This document shows, in pieces, positions 32,301-47,248 of a stretch of 64,000 bases of DNA (the stretch's first letter is position 1; the number at the start of each line of letters is the position of its first letter). Under the pieces are notes generated by a model. The model did not search any database. It was not told the DNA's origin and saw only the letters and a program-made list of their open reading frames with translations. The translations under genes and the position numbers were made by a program. Origin of the DNA: Daphnia carinata (taxonomy: Eukaryota); NCBI RefSeq assembly GCF_022539665.2, contig NC_081333.1, forward strand, positions 8,990,001-9,054,000, read 5' to 3'.

Positions 32301-33437
32301 CCATTTAGAACGCACACTAGAACAACCTCTTTAAAAGAAATATAAATAAATTGTCAAATTATTATTTAAAAAAAAACTAAACCATGGAAATAGAACGACC
32401 TTAACCGTGTCGCTAAGTACTTATTGAGCGCGTATAAATGATGCGTTTGTATACGTGAAAAGATAGCGCCCGTCTTACATTGTGTGTCTATAAAACCGTG
32501 CGTGATTGGTATTTGGGAGATTGGGTCGGCCTACGTGTGTAGACCGGAAGTAGGAATTACAGTCGTACGCGCTGCAGCGCGCACAAGAGCACAATAAAAG
32601 TTAAAGTATTTATATACAATGTATATATGTACGTCCTAGTAAGGATCATAAAAGTGATCTTCTAGATGAAAGAAAGGGAAGTGTATGAGAAGAAAGTCAT
32701 TATTCCGGTTGAGTGCATTCGTTCGAGGATCTAAAGGATCATTGAATTTTTTCAATCAGGAATTGTCGTCTGCATTTGCCTTCCATATTTGATTGATTTT
32801 GTTTTTGAATTCGCTCCCTTTTTATTGTGCTCTATAACGACAAACAGCTTGCCGTCAGCAAGTGCAAGAGACGAGCCTCCAATTGAGTCAACAATTGAAC
32901 GCCATTTTGCCGTCGGCGGAGGATTGTCCAATTTCGCCACAAACGCCGTCCATCTGCACCGCAGTCCAGCGTAAGAAAAGCAACACAATTGGACATCCAG
33001 CGACAACGGAGAACGGTCGCCTGCCTCTTATTTCTTCCCTCCATTCCGGTACACCCATTTCACCATTAACATATAAATTCAACATTAAAAAAAATAATAA
33101 ATAAATGTTTTCTTTTAAAAATGAAGCTGGAAAAACAGCGGACCCCGGTGGTAATCATTCTAGGCCGACCATATCAGCGGCCAGCCCTCCAGCGACGCCG
33201 GGACGTCGGGCACAACACCAGGCGCACGTTCACGGCCATCAATTTCAGAGCCCCAATAGCCCGATGAGCTCGCTCAATCTCGCGCAATTGCGTCGGGCCA
33301 GAGCTATTGCCGTCGATCGGATTTCCCGCACCTGCTTCCCGCTCAGTTTCTTTCTCCTCAATGTTATCTATTGGTCGGTTTTCCTCAATAGCGGAGACGA
33401 CCTTAATCTTCCTCCACAAAGCGCCGGCCAGCCCTGA
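23398..33437 (+). CDS. Cys-loop ligand-gated anion channel, histamine-gated chloride channel family (ort/HclA- and HisCl1-like)
   Basis: Exons 23398-23555 (hydrophobic signal-like segment), 24878-25158, 25518-25585 (FHVTVMSLDSIDESSM), 26162-26388 (WRPDSFFKNAK...IPNHYIWLYKDK), 27535-27617 (Cys-loop CSMNFHLYPHDTQQC), 28001-28135 (DCLQVYSTG), 28219-28448 (NFTCLEV; M1; PARVTLGVTSLLTL anion filter), 29985-30185 (M3), 30692-30977, 32848-32970 or 33015, 33127-33437 (M4 VDRISRTCFPLSFFLLNVIYW). All phases are compatible. The start exon and M3-M4 loop exons are less certain. Confidence 0.9.
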
Positions 33438-36400
33438 ATTGCAACTTTAAAGAAAAACAGATTCGTTTTTTTTTTTGGAATGAGTTTTTAATATGCATAA
33501 GACTTTACACAAGTTACTATTTACATTTAAAAGAAATTTGCATAATTTATCATATAAGACAATAGTAGTACTCACTACGTTACAATTATTACTTTTAACT
33601 CTATTTACACCCATACACACACGTAACATCACAATTTGCAAAATAGGGATTTTATACTTACGATTTGCATATATAGTCGAAAATGTTCCTTTTCGCCACC
33701 TATAGACGAATTTCCACCCTTTTGTTTCATTGCTACCCATTTTGTACATATTCACCGATCTTCCACGTTCACCATCCTCTCATCTGCATAACGTGATTAA
33801 GTTCATTGTCTTTTACTACCACACCAACCGCGTGGTGTCGAGGGTCTCAAATGTGTCCCCGATTTAAAAGAAAATGGCACCACTTTCTTATTACTACAAA
33901 TGAAAGATGATAATACCAAAAAAAAAATAGACAAAATGGAACACTATATTAAATAAAATCTACAACGTTTGAAAATTGTCTTGCCATTTTAAAACAATGT
34001 TTAAAACTAGTTATTCGATAATCAATAGTGAACAACAACCTTTATGGATTTCTCGTCGATCGCTTCGATCCTCTCGGAACGGACAAAAAGCGGGAGGCTG
34101 GGCGTACATCGGATCTCGTTGTTAAGTCGCTTTTCGCCTGTGGTATTTTGCCTCGTTTTCTGCTTGATTCAACAGCGCCACCATCCTGTAATCACGTACG
34201 AAATGGTACGTGACTCAACGACATGTCCCTTGCCTGCCTAGCCGTTCATACGCAGCAAGGAGGGCCACTAGAGTTGGCCGTATACTTTTCGGATACAAGC
34301 CGTTGGTCTTGTGCATAAAGAATAGGCCAAGAAGAAAAATGTTCCAATTCATCGCCAAAAAGGCGGGCTGTGTGATTTCCTTTAACAAGGCATTCTTTCC
34401 CCATTCCTTTACTCCATTTGACTTTCGATTATTTCAATTGAGCAACCGTCGCCCAATTATGAAACACACAAGGGAAAATAACACGCTCAGCAATACTTGT
34501 GACCGTCACTTATGAGCGTGTATAGCTTTTATCGATTGGTTTAAGGTTTTTTCTTTCACGCTGTTTTTAACGATCACGTTAGGTCGGATGAGAGCGTTAA
34601 ACAAACACACCCACAGGCCCATGGGTGTGGCTCATAATAATAAAAGACTAATTCGTTTTGTTTTTCCGCTCTCCAAAACCATCGTGATTTTATGCTATTT
34701 TTCAACAAAAAAAGAAACAATTTCATAAGGGTATGAAATGGGCCGCCCTAACTCGCATAAAGAATTTGATTTATTGCCACGTATCCGGTGAATGATATAA
34801 CGAACGTGCATGGAGGCAAACAAGGAGGGTTGACAGGCTTTCTGTACTTGGACGGCTGCGAGCGCACGTACGTTATGTGTGATGATGGCGCACGTCCAAC
34901 CCGACGTGGCCAGTCATCATTAACCGCATAGTTTTACAAAACACACACAAACCTCCGGCCCCTTTTGCTAACTCAGGACAAGCAAATATTGATTCAATCT
35001 CAACTACCCCATGAACTTAATCTATTTCTATATTAAAACGTATCCTGTTTGGATATACTGCACGTATGAGTATTTGATTATATGCTTTCCGCCCCAATGT
35101 TCTGCTACGCATACCGTTAACGTGAAACAATTCGTATTTACCTTTTGCAAGGGTAAAAAAGTAACGAATGCCTCATGTTTCCATTATAATTCAGCCGGGC
35201 AATTCAGTTAACGAAGGAGAAGAAGGTTGGGAAAGATTGATCCCTGCAAGGGACATTCGTTTGATTCATAAAAGGCACACGGTTGACAGCTCACACGATC
35301 ACGGCGAGAAACAATCGAGATTGGCTGGATTCATCGGGTCCGCAATGATCCGCCCCGAAAGGTCTTTACGGTGTTTGACGATTGCCTAATCTAATCTTTA
35401 TTCCAGAAATCGAACAGGGTGAGAATGCAAACAATTGAAAGAAACCGGTTTTCCTTTTCTTTGGCCACGACTTTCCCTGACGATCACTAGGCAACGGACA
35501 CTGATGCGGCCGTACGGTTCTTTGACGAATCTAATCAGTAAAAGGGAAAGTAAGATGAACAACTAAGCCATGTAAAAAAAAAAGATAGATGGTGTATAAC
35601 GAGCTAGACACAAAGCAGAAAAATCGGTAGACAAGATCTAGTGTCAGCGTGCATCAAAAAGCTTCAGGCACAAAGATAAATTGACTTCCCTTTTTTTGTT
35701 CTCTTTTAACGGCCTCCATCTATTGTCACCGTTAGGGTCCTTCGCACCAAACGGTTCAGGTCCTAAATGCATTTTTTTTCTTAAGGAAACGAATCGAAAG
35801 ACAATAAAGTAGAACTAAAAAGGCAGAAAAAGATCGGGGCCCGTGACTCGGTGAGTGAAGTGAACCAATCAGCGAGAAAGCGGAGATCGATCGTCGGCCG
35901 AATACACACGTGAAAGAAAATAGGAAATATATTCGAGCAAGCAAAAATGGGCGTGACGAGGATTCTCACTTTTTTTTTTCATCTTCATCCATTCGCCAAA
36001 AAGATAAGAAGCTAGCCAAGAAGAAAGAGACCATCACACACGAGCTGATTGACAGTCTGATTTATCCTTTGTAGACACAGACCAACACCTCATCAGTTGA
36101 CGGCAATGACTCCTCCCACACTCATCACCCTTTCTAATGTAACGTCGCCGCTTTCAATGGCTGCCATAGCAGAAAGAACTGCCGCGGATAGTCAACCGTC
36201 GTCAGATTGAATATCCAATCTCGCAAGACATTTAGTAACCCATTAGCCGACTGTCACACAAGAAGCTTTCAGCTGGCCGTCGTTGAGCGATGGAAATAAA
36301 AAAAAAAGGGAATAATAATATGAAAATAAAAGGGGGAGAAGCCAATTTGCTCACCTTGCTCTCACATCGCGATCAATCATCTCGCTTGTACCCCCTCCAA

Positions 36401-38607
36401 GTTGATTTCATTAACTAGTGGGGTGTAGGACTTTCAGCACTCGAGTGATGCTGTCGTCGTCAAACCACGCAGTTCATTAGCACACCCTCTCTTGCCAACT
36501 GCATAAGCACTGTTATATACTGTCCTTCTTGAATCCTTATCAAACTAATCTCATTTTCCAATTGGAACAATCGTCCCGCTGCCAATGCTTTCGCTCTTTG
36601 AGATACGTTCGCTATGTGTACTGGCATATTTTCTTATAGCACGGTAGATGTTGTCAATTTCTCTATAGAAATACCATCTACAAAACAAGTGGACTGTGCA
36701 AGATTAGAGAGTGGGAAAAAAAAATCAAGAAATCCTTATTATGCTTTTTTCCCGTTCGTGGAAACCAGAGCGAATGATGCCCACAAATCACGACCGGAAC
36801 TTTTTTTTTATTACCCGAGCTCTAGAGTATATATATGTATTTCCTTCTTCTTTTCTTACTCCTACCGGTTTGGAAAGGAGAGCAAACTCCATAACACATA
36901 TAAATAGCAAAAAAAAAAGGGAATGTTTTCTCCTGTAGAAGAGAAAGTATCAGATATAAGGAAAGTGTAATTTTTTTTTTCCTTCCTCTCTCTTATGAAG
37001 GAGAGCGAGAGACACGAACATCCGGCGCGACCAGGCTCGAAATAAGAAACACAACAATAACAATAATTCAATGGGGCTTGAAATGACGACGAGAAAAACA
37101 GAAAGAAATAAAGAAGTTGGAACGGTAGCGGTGTTTGGAGATGTATTGCACCAAAAAAAAGGGAAAAACAAGTACGTGGGAAGAGCCGGAGAAAAAAGCA
37201 GAGATGACGATCGAGAGAGACAACAACAACACGGGGGACGTTTACTAGTTGTTTTTTAAATAAAAATAAAAAAACAAACATTGTGTCTGTGTCAACCCCA
37301 TGTGGCGATGTGAGATGAGACTGGGAGAAAAGAAGAAAAAGTAAGACATGTTTTCTGTTATGAGGAGAAAGAAACGGATAAACGCAAACAGTGCTACTTC
37401 CATTGACATTCGTTTTTGTTTTCTTCTTCTTTTCTGCAACCAATTTTATGGCCCATCCGGCAGTTGCGTGTGTAAATGTAAGGCACTCGGGCTGCACATA
37501 ATGGACGTGCTGGGAAGAGAACAAAATCATGTTTGCGAGAGTCTGATAAAAACAAAAAAAGGAGCACAGGAATTTTGCTGGCGAGCATCGATTCTCACGC
37601 TTTCGTTTAGTTTCTTTTCCTAGTTCGACGATGTTTTAATTATTTTTCCTCTTTTCTCTTGAATAATTCATTTGTCAGTCATCCGAGCGTGATATCATGG
37701 GAACAAGAAGCGACAAACAATTAAAAAAAATAAAGCCAGCCCAAAACAGAACGTCCGATATAGTTACACATTAACGGACTGGTGAATTTGAAATTCAATT
37801 CTCACATTTCAAACGATCGAGACTCTCGAGTTGAAAACATTTTTTCTTTTTCAAGTCGACTAGATTCCGAAGCCGTAGACACGATACAAATACACGCAAA
37901 CATAATAGGGAAAGAAGAGACGAGAAAGGAATTCGATAAACGAGGAAAGGAGGACATTGACCAACATCGCCGTACGGCACACGAAATATATTCAAATATA
38001 TGCGCGCTACACGGGGCAAACATATTGGCATACAATAGTACCGCCGAAGCCCTGACAATTGCCCACCGTTATACTTCTTTGATTGTTTCTTAAAGAAAAA
38101 ATCTCTAGATTTATTTGTTCCGATGACAAGAAGCAAAAAAGCAGCCGGGTTGAGCTTCGTTGCTCTCTGCTGTGTGTTGCTTAAAAGAGAGAATAAAAGA
38201 TCCTCCATCAAAGTATTGATTTTCAATCCTATCCCTTAACTTTGTTGCACACACAAAAGAAAGGGAGGACATATCAGGGGGAAGGGGCAGAAGGAAGAAA
38301 ATTTATATTAATAATAACAATAGTAAAGAGGCTGGAATAACCTATCACAAGCAAGGTTGCCATGTCTTCTTCAATAAATAACGGGGGAAGATAAACATTC
38401 GCCGCGTTTGTTTTTTCCCCCCATGTTTTGCTTCCTTACTTTACAGGGGGAAAGATGTTTTTAGTTTTCCAGCAGAAAGTAGAGGAAGAAATAGAAAAAA
38501 AAAATGGGCTAAAGAATATCCTTGATCCACAGGAAATTTTTCGTAATGGCATTTTCTCCGCCGTAGAATTCTTTTCGTTTTCTTTTTTTCAGACACTAAT
38601 GATATGG

Positions 38608-40570
38608 CTATAAAAACGGATTGTGAGACCGTCCCTGGGTAAAACTGGCCGTATCCTAGGAGGGGGGAAAAAAGAAATTATATAATTGTCGCACGTAAAA
38701 TGCTCAGCAAACAAAACGTCAATCGCCCCTCCAAAAATAATAAATTTGCTGTGGCTACGCAAATGATCAAGACAAGCTGGTAAAGAACAAAAAGGATTAG
38801 ACGTTATTTATGCTTACCATGAAAGGGTTCATTCCGGTCGAAGATCCCCACGTCTTGGGGGACAAATCTAATGACTGGCTAGTGGAGAGAGTAGTTGCAA
38901 CGCCCACCACAGGATTCGGATGACCACCGAAACCGAAACCAAAGTGACTGTTGGCACCGGCGGCGGCCGTAGGAGCTGGAAAGATGTTCGTCCCGGAGGT
39001 CATGTTCGTCGAGCTCGACAGGGGCGATGAAGAAAAATTGGCCCACGGAAGAGCTGGCTTGCCGTAATGGACGGGTTGTGTACCTGGCTGAGTAGGCGAC
39101 GCGGCTGCTGTCCAATATATGCAATAACACGCTCACTTTACTTTCCGTTACGACACACGACCAGTCACCGTGCATTCACTTACCGAGGAAAGGGTTATTC
39201 GGGTTGCTGGTTGAAGACGTGAAAGAAGACGACCACGCACCAGGCGCTTCGACCGCATTGTTGGAAAACACAGACTCGCAATGAGTAGGTGGAACGGCGG
39301 CTTGAGCGGTTCCGGCATTCCAAGAAGGATTCCAATTAGGCGAGGCAGCCAAAACGGTTGGTTCGCTTACTGCTGGCGCTGTTTGTGTCGTGAACATAGC
39401 GTCGAGGTCTTTTAAGGCAGAATAGCGGTCCTCTGCAGGAGCTACGTTGACGTTCAATGCCCCAACTTTCGGTGGACTTGTCATGCCATTGACCGCTCCG
39501 GTTTGGACCTGATGCGTAACAGCCGGCACAGCAATCGTTTTCTGTGGCGAAGTTTCTAGCAAATTATAAGCAAACAAAGAATTGGTTAAGACTGTTAGTT
39601 GTGTGGAATAAAGAATCTAACGAGAGATATATACAAAGGCATTCCTCTTCTATTAGACCTGAAACTTACCCGAGAAAAAGAAATCGGCATTCTGAAAATT
39701 GGCAAATGATGGCTGACTGATGGACTGAGGAAGAGATGAATGATTTTTCCGAGGCGAGGAGAAAGCCGAACTTGCAGAGCTAGTTGCCGGAATAAAGAAA
39801 TCTAAATCGGCAAGCAAATCAGATGTTTTCGATATTGGGGCTGAAGATATTGGAACCGAGGCCACTGCAGAAACTACAGGACGTGCCACTGGAGAAGATG
39901 TGACAGAAGAATGAGTAGGAGTAGGTTGCGATGTTTCGCCGTTCATTCCATTCAGTTTTGCTGCTGGTAATCTGTCGGTGAGTGTGCTAGGATCGGCATA
40001 CCATCTGTAACAATAAAACAAAGTCACAAATGTTCAGCATTCATAAGAACTTTTGTTGTATCACCTTTTCTTTTCGTATTTGGCCATTAAATGATCTTTG
40101 AATTTTTGGTCGTCTTTGGTCTCCGATGAAAGCTCTGCCGTATTATAATGCGCCATCCAAACAAGTCTACAATACTGCAACAACAAATTTCAATCAAGTC
40201 AACTTCCTCAATTAAGAAACTAGGCGATTCAATTACTTCGTTGCCACGGCTCTTGAGGAATTCTATTTCCTCTGGGGTGAAAGACGCCATCGAGATTGAT
40301 TTGACACGATGAGGAGGAGTTAAGCCTCTCCTAGAAATCATTAAAAATTTTGACATTTCTTTACACAACAATAAATTTTTTTTTGAGTTTCTGACTCACA
40401 GCTTTCCTGAACACGAGATACATACAAATGAGCCAATAGTGGTGTTGACATAAGTGGGGCCTCTTTGATTGCAATCAAAACATGTCTTATTTGTTGGGCG
40501 AAAGGGACAAGAAATCCCTCAAGATCTTGAGATGTTTTTCCTCTTGCTTTTTCTTTGTATTGTTGGACAT
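38608..40570 (-). CDS. AGFG1: ArfGAP with FG repeats (AGFG1/Hrb, Drosophila drongo)
   Basis: Exons 40570-40400, 40330-40237, 40174-40065, 40004-39670, 39555-39184, 39107-38818, 38655-38608. ArfGAP zinc finger CFDCNQRGPTYVNTTIGSFVCISCSGKLRGLTPPHRVKSISMASFTPEEIEFL, conserved DRYSALKDLD motif, FGFGFG, and three NPF motifs including the terminal NPFL*. Confidence 0.93.
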
Positions 40571-41921
40571 TTCTGTAAAAAAAAAATGGACAATAGATTA
40601 CCAAGTTTGTTTCCAAGTTGTATCCAAGGGAATAGGTATTCTCTGGTACGTGATGGTCTCTCTTGTTTTTTCCTAGGAGTCCTAATTGAGTCATCCATTT
40701 GTGACACAGGGGAGTAGATCCACATTTTTAAATTTATAAACTATTTGTATAAACTTTTAACATATTACAGGGAGCCCCTCACTAGCAAAGACTCACAGGC
40801 AGATAGCCGCAGTGACTATCAGCACTGAGAGAGGATGTTGAGACTGACCATCCCACTTCCTCTAGTGTGTATGTCACAATCCAGCAAGCAGCTTTTCAGA
40901 GCACAAACTAAATAAAATTATGGGCTGGCGAAGTACTGGTATTGGAGGAAATTTCTAAGAATTTCTCTTCAATTTCATAAAAGTAACTGTTCAGAACCCT
41001 GTAGCCTGAGGCCAGGCAACATGGGTTTTTCTTTTTTATGCTTACCTCAATATTATAGAGCGGGACTTGACCCGATTGTCTCTTGCTGAAACTCGTGATA
41101 GGATTTCCTTAAAATTACAGTGCGTGACGCAGAACCACCTCTGATGACACATAAGCCTACATTAGGATATAATCCACTGCTTTCAATTGCTAAGACTTAC
41201 CTAACAAGGAACGATAGAAAGCTTGTCAAACACCAAATTTTGCTGAATATTGGAAAATTTTCACTAAATCCGATCGCCCGACGACGGATTTAATTTGTTT
41301 TCTGCGTGCAAGACAGCACTCCCACGAAAAATACAAGTCGACTGCCGATATAACGGTTGGCCGCCTAGCGGGTGGTATACCATTCACCATGGTTCATCGG
41401 TTAACCTTTCGTTTGAAGATCAGAGGCCCCGAGTGTGAAATTTCTTCCCAAATCTACATCTTTTGTTGATGTCCAAAATGCTTGCGAACATAATTTTCTT
41501 TTATGTAGCTTTTCTTTCTAAATTCATAATCGAAAATTTTTACACTTTTACTACTTTTGGCAAATTAACTGAAGTATATGTGTTACCTATAGGTGGCGTT
41601 GCGTGCCTGTTTATCGAACAAAAACAGAATAGCCCTGTCTCGCATTATTCATTCCTCGCTCTTTGACATATCGCCAACCACCACACCAACACAAGAGAGT
41701 GAGGAACACCTGTTAGATGGTTATGTACATCAAAGGTGTCTACAAAGCTGAACAATCAGCTGCCGCTTTCTCCTGAAGTGACAGAGGATGTAGTCCTAGT
41801 TTTCTCCTCGATTGCGATTTTTTACCCACCACACCCGTTTGTTAGTTGAGATGCTAGCGGTGGATGAGTGAACACCGATATTTTGACTTCTCGAATCCTG
41901 TAATCGTCCGATCAAACAAGA

Positions 41922-45611
<3,690 letters not shown>

Positions 45612-45878
45612 TATAGTTCATGAATCCCGTTCGTGCACACGTTGATTAAAAAGATTTCAAATTTTCAAACTTAATTGGTTTGGAGCTTTCCATTAATCTT
45701 TTTAGGCAGCTATAATGCAATTCAACATCACAAGTGCCAACTTTTTGTAACATTCCAGCTATGCGCATTAGAATATTCGAGACTCAATAATAAAAAATCT
45801 AGTACATAAATTTACAAAGCAGTTCACTTGTTTATTGAATTTACTGGCACAGTGTGACTAGTGAAACGAATGAGTGCT

Positions 45879-46824
45879 TCACATTTTGCCTTGCTTCCAC
45901 AGACGTCGCAGCGTTGATTTTTCGTCAAAAAGACTTCGTACCATTACCACTTGAACAATGCCCGTGATGACAAGAGTGATAACATGTATCACGGACCAGA
46001 AATTTACTCGAGTAAAATTGCCTTCGGCTATATTACGATCACGAGCTTCAAACGCTCTAATTTGATCCTGAAATTCTTGAGCTCTTGTTAATTTTCCTCT
46101 GACCATAGCAACTGTGTCCTAATATCATTAAAAAATCAGTTAAAAGTTGTTCAGATTTCTTGATAAATAGGTAATACTTTAATATCTTGAACATGGATGT
46201 CATAAATTTCTTCTGGCCTTAGCCCAGCATAGAAGGCCTGGTCAGTATCTCCCCATACATCATTTTTATGTTTGTTTTCTATTTTTATCTCTCCATCATC
46301 ATCATCTTCTTCATCATTGTCAGTGGAGATTTCGAAAAAGACTGTTTTGGCACTGAAAATTGAAAAAGTATTGTCAAAGCAGATTTTGTGGTCCCCATCT
46401 TCAAAAGTTTTGGTCCTAAAAAATGAGATGACTATGAAAATTCCAATATGCAATAAACTTCTGGTAAAGTAACCTGTGCGTGCTGTCACTTTTCCTTGAT
46501 TCCATGACTATTCTTCGACCAGTTGGAGACGTCAAATGAAAATCAATATCTAACTCTCCTTGTTGTCCATCAATAACCTACAACAGATATGGGATTGCAA
46601 TATATAGAAAATTACAGTGAGCTTTTTCTTTTTGAAAAACGGAAACCGGCAGAAAAATATCATACTTGATAGTCAACCTCCAGGTAAACGTTTTTTGCGA
46701 CTGGTGTATAATAACAGTCTTCTTTTCCAGGATCAACAGTTATGGTAAATTCATTACTATACGCTACGACTACAGAACTTAGAACAAGAAAAACAAAAAC
46801 TACTAATAAAACTATGGTCCGCAT
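45879..46824 (-). CDS. p24/TMED cargo receptor, gamma subfamily (TMED1/5, opossum-like)
   Basis: Exons 46824-46666, 46577-46474, 46415-46178, 46118-45879. Signal peptide, GOLD domain FTITVDPGKEDCYY...VDYQVIDG...GDHKICFDNTFSIFSAKTVFFEI, RAFEARDRNIAEGNFTRVNFWS, TM helix, QVVMVRSLF tail. Confidence 0.93.
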
Positions 46825-47248
46825 TGTTGCACAAAACGCCTATCCGCATTGATGCATTGAGCAGAGTGAAACAAGAACTGACTCTATATTTACTATGGTG
46901 CCTATGGTAACATGATAGTCGAATGAGTTTCAGCAATTTGACATACGTCTCAGCAGACGTTGCTTAACCTTCTTAATAGCCAACCACTCGCTAACACGCC
47001 AGCTGTTTGGTAGCAAGGAATCTGTTTTCAAAATGCAGAATGCGTAGTTACTAGTCGGGAATCTCAAGCAGTGCAAGAAGGCGCTTCTGAAATCTGTAGA
47101 TTAGAAACATTTTGGTAAGGGTTGTATAGCTTATTACATGTTGGAAGCGAACATTCTTTTCATAATTTCAATTGTGTTAACTTCCAGCTTTAGTAACGAC
47201 CCAGATTTTGTTTTCCAATAAGTATTACGCATTTACTACTGCCAAATC

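Noticed and set aside
23398..33437. Calling the channel GluCl, RDL or glycine receptor
   Set aside because: WRPDSFFKNAK, IPNHYxWLYKDK, YPHDTQxC and HTYIPT/TQH motifs fit the histamine-gated chloride channel family better.
36862..37530. 222-aa minus-strand ORF
   Set aside because: Low-complexity F/L/C-rich translation of a U-rich tract with no domain-like features; more likely UTR.
40573..40698. Upstream ATG exon that would extend AGFG1 in frame
   Set aside because: It needs a 29-nt intron (40601-40573), far below the intron sizes seen in this window.
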